From assembly GCF_009834535.1 (NCBI RefSeq), contig NC_045696.1, forward strand, positions 83,392,001-83,456,000: a stretch of DNA of 64,000 nucleotides, given 5' to 3'. The DNA is from Camelus ferus (Eukaryota). Position numbers and translations under genes: made by a program. Numbering within the stretch: the first letter of the stretch is position 1; every line of letters starts with the position of its first letter. The notes under the pieces were generated by a model. It worked only from the letters and a program-made list of their open reading frames with translations, was not told the origin of the DNA and made no database searches. Positions 39,036 through 53,700 of the stretch are shown piece after piece.

Positions 39036-41023
39036 TTACATCCCTGGAGTTCTGAAGTCACGTTCCAGATAAAAGACTGGCCTTTTTTGAAAAAGGTGGC
39101 CACTTTTTTTAAGTCACAGCTTTCTATATGCCACGAAACTATAAGGTGCCAGCAGATGAACAGAATTGTGGATGATGATTTAGTCAGTTGCTGCTAAACA
39201 CAGGGAAGGCACCATATATTATTATCTATCTGACAGCTAATAGAGAGGTTTGCTCTCTTTCTGCCCAAGTGTGTGAAAGCCATCAGATGCTCATCAATTC
39301 AGGTAATCCTCTGAGAGTAAGTGGAAAAGCCTAAAGAAATCTAAAATGCTCCTCTAATGGCTTAAGTATTTGTGAGAACAAGTGGTATTTGCATCTCTTC
39401 TTCCAGTTAAAGGTCATGACATTATAAGAGAACTGAGGATTTGAGATGTAAGTGTGTTTTAATAATCAGGTAATCTGAGTCTTAGGTGAAAGGTCTCTGC
39501 TCAAATCCACAACACACGTGTTTTAACTACTTGTGCCACGAACATACACTGACGCTTCTACGCGTTGGAAAGCATCTTTAAATATGCAAATTCCTATGGT
39601 AATTCCGGTGTGTTCTTACTGTAAAAGCTACTTAAAATTTGAAGACGTGAGGGCATAAAGTAGGCATTCAGCAGAATCTTTCAAACTGAAATGTGGAAGA
39701 AAAGTGATAAAATGCTCAAATAAAATCATACAATTGGATGTTATGAAGGGCAACACACATAGACTAAAAAGAGTAACTCGGAGGAGGAACTCATCTATTC
39801 TCAGTCACAAAAAAACTGGAAAGATGGTCAAATACAACCCTTAAAATTTAAAAAAAGGAGAATGAAAATTTATAGAATATGAATAATCAATAAATAAAGT
39901 TGAAAATGTAATACTGTTAGCGAACAAACTCACTGGTTTCTCTAATACACTGGATAGAACACATAATTCAACACACCGGTAAGGAGGGACATCTTGTATA
40001 AAATGCTGCTTGATGCATAGAAGACAGGCACTGAGATCTACAAACCAGAGGGGAGAGGGGAGAGAAAGCACATGGGAGAATAAGGAAAGAAACAGAAGAG
40101 GTCTCAGTACATAGAAGACTGGGCTAGAGTCAATCCTTCAATACATTATTCAACAAACATTTATTGAGCAACTATTTATCAGAAACCATACTATCACATG
40201 CAGTTGAAGAATAGGTAACCAGGAGTTTGTGTCAACAGGGCTTTCCTAATAGTGATGAAAGAAAGGATGAACTCAGACTGGCTCCAAGTAGAGAAAGCTT
40301 TCTATCTAGCTGGCTGTTCTCATCCGCTGAGAGTAGAGCTAGTTGCCTAGCTGACAGCTTAATCTCTCAGGAAATTGAAAAAGCAGTAAGTACCTCTCAT
40401 AACACCATTCCTACTCAATGGTTGATTGAGGAAATGACTGAGACCCTGGGAGAAAATGCTAACACCACTGTACACGGTATTACGAGCTGCATATAACACT
40501 TACGATACATACAAAAGTCTCAAAATTCAGGAAAATAAAGTTCAAAGATCTCAGGGAAAAAGAAAGGAAAACACTGTAAAAGGAAAGATTCGACATTTTT
40601 CAGACTGTATTTTAGGTAATGGTGGGGGTGTTCCTACTAAGAGATTATGTGCATTTCACAAACTAGTAAGAATATATATGACAAGAAATTCAACAAGCAG
40701 ATTAAAATGCTGAAAGTAGAAAACTAAAATTCAATGAAGAAGACAAGTCCCTATCAAATAAATAGCATATAGGGTATTATGGATGATAATAAATAATGTG
40801 GGAAAAACAATAGGGAACTAGTAATAGCTTAGGGATTCTCTATATTGTGATCAATTGCCCTTAATATGAAAAGATGATAAGTAACTGTGATATTGTGATA
40901 TAATAAAAAATATGTATTTGGTCTTCATCCCCAGTTCCTGGCATAGAGCTTCTATTAAATCCCTTGTAATTTCCTGAATGGTAGAGGAAAGAGAAGTGTC
41001 TCTTTTGTTATTTATAACATGCT

Positions 41024-41485
41024 ATTCTCTTTTTTTTCTCTCTGCTATACTTTATTATTTTTAATTGAAGTATAGTTGATTTACATTATATTGGTTTCAT
41101 GTGTACAGCATAATGATTCAGTATTTTTACAGATTATACTTATTAAAAGGCATTACAAGATAATGACTATAATTCCCTTTGCTGTACAATATACCCTTGT
41201 TGCTTACCTATTTCATACATAGTAATCTGTATCTATTAATCCCATATCCCTGTCTTGCCCTTCCTGCCTTTCCTCTTCCCTCTGGTAACCACTATTTTCT
41301 TTTCTGTATCTGTGAATCTGTTTCCAGTTTGCTATATACATTTGTTTGTTTGTTTTTTAAATTCCACATATAAGTGCTAACATACAGCATTTGTCTTTGT
41401 ATGATTTATTTCACTAAGCATAATATTTTCCATATCCATCCACGTTGCTGCAAACAGTAGAATTTCATTTTTTATGGTAAATATT

Positions 41486-41521
<36 letters not shown>

Positions 41522-42475
41522 AATACACACCACATTTTCTTTATCCATTTGTCTGTTCATGGGCACTTGGGTTGCTTCTATGTCTTGGCTATTGTAAATA
41601 GTGCTGATATGCATATGGGGTGCGTGTATCTTTTCAAATTAGTGTTTTCAGTTTTCCAGATATATACTCAGGAGTGGAATTGCTGGGTCATATGGTAACT
41701 CTATTTTCAGTTTTTTGAGGAACCTCCATACTGTTTTCCATACTGGCTGCGCCATTTACATTCCTGCCACAGTGTACAAGGTGGGAATTTTCTTTACATC
41801 CTCCTCGACATTTGCTATTTGTACACTTTTTGATAATAGCCATTCTGATAGATGTGAGGTGATACCTCATGGTTGTTTTGATTTGTGTTTCTCTAATAAT
41901 TAGTGATATTGAGCATCCTTCAAGTGCCTGTTAGCCATCTGTGTGTTTTCTTTAGAAAAATGTCTATTCAGGTCTCTTGCCCATTTATTAAATGGATTGT
42001 TTGGGATTTTTTGATATTGAGTTGTATGAGCTGTTCACATATTATGGATGTTAACCCCTTATCAATCATCATTTGCAAATATTTTGTCCCATTCCATAGG
42101 TTGTCTTTTAGTTTTGTTGATGTTTTCCTTTGCCATCCAAAAGCTTTTAAGTTTAATTAGGTCTCATTTGTTTATTTTTGCTTTTATTTCTTTCGCCTTA
42201 GGAGACAGATTCAAAAAAATATCACTACGATTTATGTCAAAGTGTGTCCTCTCTATGTTCTCTTCTAGGTGTTTTATAGTTTCAGGTCTTACAGTTAGGC
42301 CTTTAATCCGTTTTGTGTCTATTTTTGTACATGGTGTGAGGAAATGTTCTAATCTCACTGTTCTACATATAGCTGTCTAGTTTTCTCAGCACTGCTTGCT
42401 GAATAGACTGTCTTTTCTCCATTGTATATTCTTGCCTCCTTTGTCAAGAATTAATTGACCATAGGTATTTGGTTA
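41024..42475 (-). mobile_element. 5'-truncated L1 (~1.45 kb) with ORF2 C-terminal remnant and 3' UTR
   Basis: Minus-strand peptides LEHFLTPCTKIDTKRIKGLTVRPETIKHLEENI and MRYHLTSIRMAIIKK..KCRGGC..LVHC match L1 ORF2p, including the Cys-rich domain, but are frameshifted. TSD ataacatgct (41014-41023) / ataacaagct (42476-42485). Confidence 0.95.
41486..41521 (+). repeat. Compound (TA)n(CA)n microsatellite within L1
   Basis: Directly visible. Confidence 0.9.
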
Positions 42476-44984
42476 ATAACAAGCTCCTTTCAACCGTATC
42501 TGAGTTTAAGCTAATGAGATGAGCCTGGGAGGATGGGAGCTGGTTGCCAGAGGAAAGAACAGGTGATTAGAAGGTTAGAACTTTTAGCCACATCCCCCAA
42601 CCTCAGAGGGGTGGAAAGGGGCTGGAGATTGAGCTCAGTCACCAATGGCCAATGATTTAATCAAGTGTGCCTACATAATGGAGTCTCCATAAAAGCCCTA
42701 AACAAAGAGGTCTGGAGAGCCTCCAGGTTGGTGAACACATAAGAGCGCTGGGAGGGTGTTATGTCCAGGGCCCCGCACCCCTCCCCCATACCGTGCCCTA
42801 TGCATCTCTTCCATTTGGCTGTTCTGAGTTGTACCCTGTATCCTGTATGTTAAATCACTAAGTAAAGTGTTTCCCTGAGTTCTGTGAGATGTTAAAGCAA
42901 ATTATTAAACCTGAGGAGGGGGCTGTGGGGATTCCCAATTTACAGTCAGTCGGTCAGAAGTACAGATGAACACTTAGAACTTGAGACTGCATTTGAAGTG
43001 AGGGGCAGCCTTATGAGACTGAGCCCTTAACCTGAGGAGTCCGCTCCAACTCCTGGTAGTGTCAGAACTGAACTGGAGGACACCCAGTTTGTGTTTGAAG
43101 AGTTAGTAAATTGGCTGGTGTAGGGAAAACCAACACACATTTGCTATCAGCAGAGTTGTGAGTACAGTAAAAGCATATTCTTTTTAGTCACATACATGAT
43201 AAAAATTCTTAAAGGGCTCACCATCCCGAAATCCCCTCTCCTCCAGAAACCGTGGATACTTATATTTGCCTGAATATGCTATGATTTCAACTCTCCTCTT
43301 TTAGAAAGAGAGATGGAGCCAGCCCATCATACTTCACTATGAGATGTACCTTCACTCAAAATGTTAATAACCTTGTTTTAAGAAGATTCTTTTTAACCAT
43401 CCATACTTTGATTAACCTGCATAAGAGCCAATATACCATAAGGGTTTTTTTTTGTTTTGTTTTGTTTTGTTTTTCCCAATAGGCTTTTATATGCACTTTA
43501 GAAAATATTTTGGGAAATGGTTAGACTTAAGAGTTACCATAAGAGATGGATGAAACCTGGCATTTTAAATTCAGGTACAATTGAAATATGAAAATAGACT
43601 GAACTTATATTAACTTCTAAAAGTAGACTAGGCAGACTGAGTTTCTACAGCTTTCATTTGAAAGGAATAGCACATTGAGTTGTCATTCCTCAAAATTATT
43701 CACTCAGCTGTCCATGGCCATTCATATGATTTGGTAATACATATTGAACTATCTAAATTTTAATATACTTTAAAGTGTGACACTTCATAGTCAGAGTAAA
43801 ATAGCATATTTCATCCCAATTTAACAGTAAAATGTTAAAAAATATATTTGTTCTCTGCAATACGTACAGGTCTTCTCACAGTAGTGGTAAGTGAAATATC
43901 AAATTTTAGACTCTGAACCAATTCCTGAAATGTAGATCATTTAGAATTGATTACCCTCTGATATGAAATATCAAATAAAAGGTTATGGTTTGACTTCAGT
44001 AGTGTCCAGTGCCATTTGAAAAATGTTTTAATCTTCGTTTCAAGTATGCATTCAAAAATTCCAAAAATGATTAATCTAAACTTCGAAAACATTAGGCTGA
44101 CCAATTTTTTAACAAAATTCGCATTCAGTCTATTTACATTAATAATTGTTTTATCTGGCAAGTAAATATCAACTCACTTCAACTTTTTCCCTATTGCTGT
44201 CAAGATGAAAATGTAAAAGAATGTAAATTAATTTTCTTGGAGAATTTTTTTAAGAAAAATTAGATCTTCTAAAACGTCTGAAATAGCAGGAAGGAAAAAG
44301 CATGCCACACAGAGTTTATTTCAAAATCCACATGGGCTGTTGTTCTTTTCAAATCTGAACTACTGGAACCTCACATTTGCAACAAACCATATTTACTGAA
44401 TAATATTTATTAAACCTAAGCCCAAAGTGAAACTTAAAAAGACATTTTAAGAAAAAATAAATTAATCCACATGGACCCTATCCCAGATTTATTTAGACCA
44501 ATGGTATCCTTAAGGGAAAAATCAAATACATTTGATAAACTTTTTTTTTTTTCAGAATAAATAATATTAAGCAACCAGAAACATTTTTTAGCTTCCAAAA
44601 ATCAACCAAACCAAAATAACAATAAGAACAAAAACAATAAAGCAATTCCATTCTTCTTGAAATCTGGGTTCATTTTTTTTTTTTTGTCTTTTTTAACTTG
44701 TGATAGATGTGGCAACAGGTACTTCCTTCATTAAACCCTCTATAAGAAAATGAGCAACACAAGAACAATGGATGTGGACACAGACACCTCATCAGGGAGC
44801 TGAGGGGAGCTAGTAAATGGGAGATTTGCCACATATCTTACACCGAAGGGAAACCTGCTATTTTAGCTCTAATCAACTACTTCCTAGCAGGGATTGGGAA
44901 GCAATGTTGTCAAATTTTGATTTTTTTTTTTTAATTTCCAATCTTTAAGTGGGTTCTCTGAATTTAAATGTCTACAATGGTAGG

Positions 44985-45340
44985 AGTCACAGGGCTTCCT
45001 GCCTTCTGGGCACATAGAATTGCACCATTCAGCCTCCTCCTGACTGGATAGGACCATGTGAATAGTTCTGCTTAGTGACTTGTAAACCAGATTTTAATTG
45101 TAGATGTATGATCTTCCAGAGCTCTTCTCTCTCTGCTCTGGCAACTATTAATATTCCAGACAGTGGCTGCTTCATCAAGGTAGGTCCAGAGTGAAGACAA
45201 TTCAGTGCAATTGTCATTATATATGTGCTACATGAGTGAGAAAGAAAATTGTGCTATCTAAACTACTAAGACGTCCGTGTGTGTGCACAAGTGTACACAT
45301 TTGTGCTCGTGCGTGTGCTGTAAATATCTCATCCTGGCTG
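44985..45340 (+). mobile_element. Old MaLR LTR, MLT1I/J-like
   Basis: ggaccatgtgaatagttctg...ttccagacagtggctgcttcatca...catgagtgagaaagaaaattgtg. Confidence 0.65.
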
Positions 45341-45974
45341 ACAGAGCCACCAACTCAATCAAAAACACAAACACAGCACAATGTACTCTAGCACGAATCC
45401 ACACACCACTGTGGGCCAGAATTTACCCGCGGGGACCACAGTGAGCGTGCTTCAGATGAGAGCGCAGGTGCTTTAGGCTCAATAAACAACAAGTCTTAGC
45501 CAGCTACATAGGACGTATAATCCTGGCATTAATGAGTGAAGAAGGATGGGAAAGACAAGGGGAGGGGAGGACAGAGAGCAGAACAAAAAATTCAGAAGGA
45601 AACAAAGTAGACAAAAGAACAGATTGATTAGGGTGGCCAGACCTGGTTCAGGTTATAAAAGGGTCAAGTGTGTAAAGCAGCCCATGTGGGCGCCCATCTT
45701 ACCTTCCACAATTTCCACTTCCCACATAAACCCAGAGCGTTTCTGGAGCCTTCTCACTCCACTCACATTCTGGGTTTTAAACCTCTCAGCCCCTCCTTTC
45801 CTCCAGTAAGAGTCTAGGTCTCAGTTCGCCTCTGGGAAAGCCAGTCAGCTCTTTCCAAGACCTTTACATTGTTCAGAGTGATGTATTTATGGCTATTAAT
45901 ATACTGTCCCTCTTTACTACGGTACTTTCATCATTAAAAAATAACCCGTATAAATAAACTGTTAGCCTGGAGCA

Positions 45975-46195
45975 GCAGAAGGTTACAGCTAGTAGCTGAA
46001 GGAACAGATCCTGGAGTCAGATTACCTGAGTTTGGATACTAACAGTGTGTGGTCCTGGAAGAATAATGTTTCCCTACTTGGTCTCCATTGTCTCATCTGC
46101 AAATTAAGGATAATAAGCATCACTATCTCAGTGAGTTCTCTTAAGTACTTAGAGCAGTGCTTGATACACGGTGCCTTTAAATGTTTGTTAAACAA
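45975..46195 (+). mobile_element. MIR SINE
   Basis: ctggagtcagattacctgagtttg...ctcatctgcaaattaaggataataa...cttagagcagtgcttgatac. Confidence 0.8.
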
Positions 46196-48679
46196 ATGAG
46201 CAAACAAACAAGTAAATATATACATGTTGGGGATATTAGGCTTCCGATTGCTGAGAAATTTTAGCTGGGAAAGAAGGGAGTAGGGGGACTTTCGACCTCC
46301 TTCGAATTCCGTGGTACACTCCTTACATGCCTGATGTGCAATTTTCAACAATTAGAGTTGCTGTTGTCGCTTCATCTAAGTGCATATTCTTACATCAAAC
46401 TTACACCATTGGTGGTAAGACCTGAGTCACTGACAACCATTTCCATTTCGACACAACAAATCGGAAAGACTATTTAACAGTAACACATAAAAGAGAGAGG
46501 AAAAAATCTACTCAGAAGCTAAACAAAACATCTCTTGCTATTGTCAATATATTTGAAAAGCTCTAACCTAACTCTCCCAAAGCCTTGCCTCATTGTGTGA
46601 ACTCCAGAGCAAAGAAAAAGCATGTCATTTCAATAAGTCTTTTCTCTTAACTTAGAAAATGACTTGGTCTTTCAGTTTATCTCTTTTTATACAGCCATGC
46701 ATAAAATTTAAGGGATGCCTTCCATCAAAAGACTGCTTCCTCATAAAACATCTTTCCCAGCGTGTTCTGTATTCACATGCTATGCTATGAAAGTCAAGTC
46801 TGTGTTGACTCTTTGTACACCTCGAGTTGTGTTTACAGAATTTCATTTGACAAGCGTCAACAGAAGTAACAGAAGAGGCTGCTTCTTTGCCCCTCACCCT
46901 TCCTCAGCCCCTTGGCTTTTTCGTACGTTTGCTGCTGCTGTTTTCAGACTGTGATAACCAATAAAGGGTGGTTCCCAGGTCTATGCAATAAATCTGTGCT
47001 TCTGAACCCAAACTTCTCCTGGTCATCTCTCTTTCCAGGATGGAGAGATATAAAAAACAGAACTTAGCGGCACGTTGGATTTTTCCAAGAGATTTAGAAA
47101 ACTGATTCTTTTTGATTTTTCTAAGTTTAACACTATCTGGGTGGTAATCTCAAGACACAGATTTACAAGTAATGAAGGAAATAATTCCGAAACACACTTT
47201 GGGAATTTTCAGAGCTGAGAATGACTTCAGATGTTCAGAAAGGAAACCTCTGAAGCAAATTACAAACTAGTCATTCAGCGTATGACACTTAATGCAAATG
47301 TCTTTTCTATCCATCTGTGAATCTCATTTATCTCCTGGAATAAACAAAGTCTCCTTACGAAAGTTACTACTTTCTCTCTTTCGCTTTCACTTCTTCCAGA
47401 CTTGACCTTATTGGCAATGTCTGGGACAACTGATAGGCTTGAAAACCTATTCGTCTTTCTTCAAAACACTGTATTTAAAATAAAAGAATTCTGTGGAGTA
47501 ACTACTTCCAGTCCTCACAATGCAAGTTATCTCTCTTTGCTTTATGAACTAGATTTTCCATTTGTTGTCTGAAATCTTTACAAAATGTCTTTAAACCAGA
47601 GATAAAAAGCACGGAAATACAGCTTTTTGATGATAAACACTAAATTACACAATCACCAACGTAATTGTTTATTTTGTCTATTTGGAACACCATGGAATAT
47701 TTTTAAAAAGCTAATTTTTTTTCTTGTTTTGTTCTCTACCTCATGCTAATCAATATCCAAATAAAAGGAACTTTAAAGCTATCGATCAAAACTCAAATGA
47801 CCAAAAAAAATTGAAATATTTTGTTAGACTGATTAACAGCCTATTAATAGATTTTTGAAACTAGATGTTGGCTATATTTTTATACAGCATTTCACATTTT
47901 ATGAGAATACAAGCAGGAGCCTCTTCTGCTTTAAATGTATTCACTTTTCCATTCAACATTCAAAAGGATGGCCCTATAATTCTTCTTCCAAACTGCAAAC
48001 ACATTCATTTTAATGAGAGGAAGTGGAAGCCCAATGGGAAATTCTGAAATAAAAGCTGTTTTTCTTACAATGAAGCAAATGTTTAAAGAGTGATTCTAGA
48101 ACTATGTGTGGGAAAAGAGGTATGCAGGGGTGGAACTCCTGTATCATACCCCTCCCCTTCCTTTTTCAAAGTCTAACTAGTAATTTTCAACTGTTTAAAG
48201 GGAAAATCAGAAGAAACTCATAGAAAGCTTATAATACTATCTGGACTTTTCTTTGGCCATTAAGCGATAGCCATTGCAGAGGGAAATGTTTCATTTCCTA
48301 TTACATCCATTTGCAAAGAGAATTACCTTCAAGGCTGCAGAGAATGATAAGATGGCAGCATGAAGACCAGGCACACACAGACCCTCACAAGTCACAGAGT
48401 GAGTTCAAGTCTCCTGGCCTTGGAAATTCAGTCTAAGCAGCCATCCTTGCCAAATTGAGGCAAAACAGCAAGAATAACCATGAGAACCAGAAAGAAAAGC
48501 GAGCTGAGCAGATGGCAGGAAAGCAAGTATAAGAAAGAGGACCACATTCGTATCACATATCACGTACTTAATACTGTCACTAGCTGTAGGCATGGAGGAA
48601 GCTGGGTCACATGAAACACTGGGAATCTGAAACAAGCAGATCTGAGGGTTTGGAATACTTGGTGCATGTAGAATTCATG

Positions 48680-49800
48680 CATTCATTCAACATATTATTC
48701 CTACCTACTATTGTACAGAGTGCTGAGAGGACAAAGGCAAACAGATGTGGCTTTATGCCTCAAGAAACTAACAGTGAATTGAGGAAGTCAGGTGAGGTGA
48801 GTAAAGGGATATATTTAAAATACAGCGCAATAATGTCTATGATGAAAGAAGGTACAAGATGCTTTAGGAACCAAACTAATTCAAACTGAGATTAAGGAAT
48901 ATTTTTGCTAAAGGTTCAAAATATCCTAAAGAACAAAAAGCTTTTTTTTCATGATACATGTTTATTTGTTTGCCCCAAAAAAGAACTGTAGTGGAATTTA
49001 GTCAGACCACAAAGAGGCTGAGAGACTGGACAGTCTAGGTGGAGGAAACTAGGTAGAGGAAGACAGGAAGGTGAAAAAACCCTCAGCTCACATGGGGTCC
49101 TTGACAATTTTTCATCTGGACACAAGCTGGCAATAATCAAAGCTCGAAGGTTGCTGGGGTCAGGCTATGAAAGGTTTGGTACACCAAGCCCAGTAGATAG
49201 CAGTTTATTCTGTAGACTATGGGGAAACACTGAGAGATTTTAGCAGAGGAGGGATATGATTAGATGTGTGTTTCAGAGCAACATTTCTGGCAGCCTCGGG
49301 AAGAACAGATAGAAGAGGAAGTGGTTGGTCTACAGAATGGTATGTTAAGAGGCTACTGCATGGCAGGGACTTGAGAGCTTCAACCAAAGCAATGACAGTG
49401 AGGGTGGAGTGAGGGGAAAGACTCGTCACGTTTAGGAGACTGAGTCAACAGTGTTTGGTGATGGATTGTATAAGAGAAAGAACAAGGCTAGCATGGCTAT
49501 TGGATTCCTTATGAGGATGTGTCATTCACCCAGTTAGAATATACAGAAGGAGGAGCATATTGGAAGAGCGGGGAATAAAAGATTGATTTAGAAGTCCCTA
49601 TGGAGTATTCAAAAAGATCTGGTACTGAACATATGGATATAGAGATCCAGAGTCCAGAGAAGTAGTCTGGGTTAGAAATAAACATTTGGTTGGTATTCTA
49701 AGCACTGGATTTGTAAGAAGACATAAAGGAGATTATGAATACAAGAAGAGCAGAGAGCCTACAGTGGAACCAAGCAAAACAAGAGCATTTGAGGGCAGAG
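48680..49800 (-). mobile_element. L2 LINE, degraded
   Basis: cattcattcaacatattattcctacctacta...ggggaaacactgagagattttagcagaggagggatatgattagatgtgtgtttcagag. Confidence 0.75.
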
Positions 49801-49875
49801 GCGTGTGTCTGGTGTGCCTGGATATAGGTATGTTGTGAGGCCATCTCCAAGTTCAGAAGGTCATGAAAGGGATAA

Positions 49876-50427
49876 TCACAGGGTTACCATATCATCCAGC
49901 AATCCCATTCCTGGAAATACACTCAAGAGGAATAAAAGCACATGCTCACACAGAAAAACTGCACATGAATGTTCATAACAGCCATATTCATAACATCCAA
50001 GAAGTTGAAAGAACCGAGTGTTCATGAACTGATGAAAAGGTAAGTAAAATGTGGTGTTTCCATTCAATGAAATATTAAAGAAATGAAGTACTAATATATG
50101 CTACAACATGGGTGAACTTAAAACCATTACGCCAAGTGAAGGAAGCGAGCCACTTATAACAGGATTCCATCTGTATGGAATGTCCAGAACGCAAATGTAT
50201 AGAGATAGAAAGTCGTTTCCTGGTTGCCTAGGCCTGGGGGCACGGAGGGAGTGAGGGATGGTGGCTAAAAGGTACAGGGCTTCTTTCTGGCATGATGAAA
50301 GTGTTCTAAGATGGACTGTGGTAATGGCTGAACAATTCTATGATTCTACTAAAAGCCATTGAATCATATGCTTTAAATGAGTGAATTGGATGGTATGTGA
50401 ATTCTATCTCAATAAATCTGTTAAAAG
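49876..50427 (+). mobile_element. L1MB-type 3' end
   Basis: gttaccatatcatccagcaatcccattcctgg...gaatgttcataacagc...ggttgcctaggcctgggg...tatctcaataaatctgttaaaa. Confidence 0.88.
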
Positions 50428-51479
50428 ATGATATGAAAGAACACTTGAAAGCATGGATAGGACAAATGCAAGTACAAAGGTTTAAAAGTTATTAAAATCT
50501 CTCCAGAAGTTTATCTAAAGAGAGGCAATCTTCCAGCCATCGCAGTAGACATTAGAAGACATGAGTGACAGGTAAGCACTGGTGTTATGGAACAAAGGAG
50601 TCTAGTCAGTCCAATTAAGATCCTCCACCGGTCTGGTGAAAATGAAGTTCAAAAGGTAGGCAGGGAGGCTACTTGGAAATGCATATAAGTAATCAAGTAA
50701 CATTTTCAAACGATTTAAGCTATTTCACATGTAAATATAAAATATTTCAGAGGCCAGTCTTTGCATTTGTACATGCAGTCTATGTGGAGCAAATCCACAC
50801 CATGAGTCTATTGTCTGGGCTCCCCTGGAGGCTCCCGGTGTCCTGCGCTGCTGTATGGAAGGGAGAAAAACAGGCAATTCCAAATAGGTCTAGTTTAGAA
50901 ATTCAGTTTTCAAAATTCCTATAAGGAAATGATAAAACACTTAACAGAGCAGCAACTCAAAAAAAGCGTTCCTTCCTTTTTAATTCCACCAAGGCAGTGT
51001 CTTGCCTCTGTCTGGTTGCTTCTCTGCAAAGGGCCTTGCTCTTGACCTCTCCATAGCCTTGTTCATGACCACCGCCCTTCCCGCTGCCCTCCCTTCCTCC
51101 CTTCCTCCCTCCCTCCCTCTCTCCATAGTCTACACTTCTTAAGGAGCCAGCTAGCACCACCACCAGACCCCTGTTGCTCTTCCAGATGGAATCTCACAAC
51201 TCGGTGTTCTTTAATTTATGTGTGTGTTTTATCTTCATAACCAGGACGGAAGGGGCTCACCAGCAGACAAGATGCTTCCGTACACTCTCTGTGATACCTA
51301 GCGTATTGCTGCAAAGTAACAGATTCTTGCTAAATACCTAACCATGACACAAAAGTAAATAATTTTTAAAGAATTATTAACGTCCCTAAATTATTTCCTA
51401 TATATATAAAAAATAATTTATAGGTGTATCAAATGCATTCTTGCTCTGCTCTTGATAAAAAGTTGCTGAACAGTTGCTG

Positions 51480-51620
51480 TGTACAGACTTTGTTAAGTTC
51501 TGTAAATACATTATTTAATTTTAGTCTCTTAACAGTCCTATAAGGTAGCTACTCTTACTATCTTCACTTTGCAGATAAAAATATAGAGGCCTGGTGTGGA
51601 TAAGTAATTTTGTCCGAGAA
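51480..51620 (-). mobile_element. MIR SINE fragment
   Basis: aacagtcctataaggtagctactcttactatcttcactttgcagataaaaatatagaggc. Confidence 0.7.
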
Positions 51621-52767
51621 TCTTCATAAGGATTTCACCATATTAAATGTGATAAATATGTTACATTTGTTCTTTTACCTTCTGATATTGGCCAAAAGAC
51701 TTCTAATGAAATACCAGAAGATGCAATGGCTTGGGGTCATGGAAACCCGTGTTTAAGTCCTAAACTCTCACAGTCACAGTTCGCTCAAACATAAAATGAG
51801 GCTACTGATTCACAAGTATTATAATTAATACAATGAAAATAATACAATCAAAAGCTCTCAGAGTAGGAAAATAATATTATTTAATTCTCAATCTGTTTGA
51901 ATCATAAATGCTTCCAGAGGTTTACCGTTATTTCTGGAAGGAAACATATCAGTGATTCCAGAGGTGCTAAGGCATTGTTTAGGGCATCGGTGTAGAAATG
52001 TGTCTGCTACAATCTTAGGATGTTAAGCTTTTCTTCCAGGAGATGATAAGGACACCCCAATTATGCCATCTACTTCTTATTAAAGGCCAAGTTGAGGATT
52101 TTACCAGTCATATTGCATATCACTCCTGACTTCTCCTTAAATGAAGAGCATTTCTCAATTTCTTCAGCAAGTAACTCCAACACAGGAACTTGAAAATAAC
52201 CAGGTAAAGTATGCACAAGTTTTTGAGAGTGTGTACGCGTCTGCATGGCTGTGCCAGTACACGCTCGGTGGTGATGAAGAACTGAGTAAACATGAAGGAA
52301 CAGAGAGATTCACCTAGAACAATTCTTTAAGGCAGACCCCTCTTCCACACTGCACTCTTATAGAAGAAATATCCTTCACAATCTAAATTCTATTCTCATT
52401 TATTCCCCTTAGGGACAAATCACATGGACTGATCTACCAATAATGAATAAAGTATGAATAGTGATTTTCTTTTCAAAATATAAGTAGGCTTGCAGAGCAA
52501 TGACAGTGACATGCATTCAGCTGTGTGTACAAGCAGCCTACTCTCCTCCCTGGGAATCTGGGCAAGGTGACCTGGCTGAAATGTGGCCAGGAAACCTCAG
52601 AATCCCCTCAGAAGGACTTCTGAACTGCACCCTGACATGCAGAGGGAAACTCCCTGTACCCGCCTCCTTCGGGGCCACGCCAGTCCCGCTGATGAATTAC
52701 ATGACATCACTGAGTTTTATTTTTACTGGAGGTTTGACAAGTATTTATTCGTTGACCACTCCATGGC

Positions 52768-53247
52768 TGTAGTGAGCAGTGTTCTCCAGAGAAGCAGAAG
52801 CAATAGGTACACATACAAAAAGGGATTCTTCGTGCAGAATTGGTTCACAAAATTATGGAGGCCGAGAAGTGCCACCATCTGCTGTCTGCCAGCTGGAGGC
52901 CCAGGGAAGTGGGCTGCGTTGATTCTAGCCTGAGTCTGAAGGCCTGAGAACCAGGGGAGCCAGTGGCATGAATCCCAGTCCAAAGGAAGGAGGAGAAGAT
53001 CAACGTCCCAGTTCAGCAGGCGAGCAGGAAGCAAAAAGGGGCCCATTCTTCCTTCTGCCTTTCTGTTCTATTTCGGCCCTCGATGGATTGGATGCTGCCC
53101 ACCCACACTGGAGAGAGCAAGCCACTTTGAGTCCACAGACTCCAATGCTAATCTCATCCAGAAATGTCTTCACAGATGTGCCCAGAAATAATGTTTAATC
53201 TAGGCACCCCTTGGCCCGGTCAAGTTGACACAAAATTAGCCGCCATA
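52768..53247 (-). mobile_element. ERVL solo LTR, MLT2B-like, inside an L2 tail
   Basis: gttctccagagaagcagaagcaatagg...attatggaggccgagaagt...tgaaggcctgagaaccagggg...gtcaagttgacacaaaatta. Confidence 0.9.
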
Positions 53248-53700
53248 CTGACAGCACCACGGGGATACAGCAGCGCACAAGGAAGAAACGCCTTCCCTCC
53301 TGATGCTTTCATGTGGCTGAGAAAACAGTTAGTAGGGGGCCCTGTCATTTCCATCCAAAATGGGACACTTTTGAGAAAGGAGGTTCTATTAATAACTAAG
53401 CTGGGACAAAACTATCTGGGGCAAACTAGAATCTAAATTCATACATTTAGCCTTTAGATAAGGAAGTAAGTAGAATAACTTTTTCAAAAGACAAGTAGAG
53501 GGAGAAATCTTTAAGATTTTTTTTCAGATTTTTTTTTTTTTTTGGTATGGATCTTTTAAAACGTCACATCCCTGCCACTGTGTGAAGTTTTGGCAGGTCC
53601 TATAACTTCTCTCTTCTTTAGTCACCAGAAAAGATCATTTCAGTAATCTGAATATCCTGTCCAGTGCAGTAATTAAAACTCCAAACTTCATTTCCCTTAA

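Larger units (their letters stand above)
40886..43185 (+). mobile_element. MER21-like solo LTR split by an L1 (pieces about 40886-41023 and 42476-43185)
   Basis: tgtgatattgtgat...tttggtcttcatcccc; after the L1, caccaatggccaatgatttaatc...gtgtttccctgagttctgtgag...ggaggacacccag. Confidence 0.85.

Noticed and set aside
41688..42380. ORFs with real protein similarity
   Set aside because: They are frameshifted L1 ORF2 fragments and their antisense readings, not a host gene.
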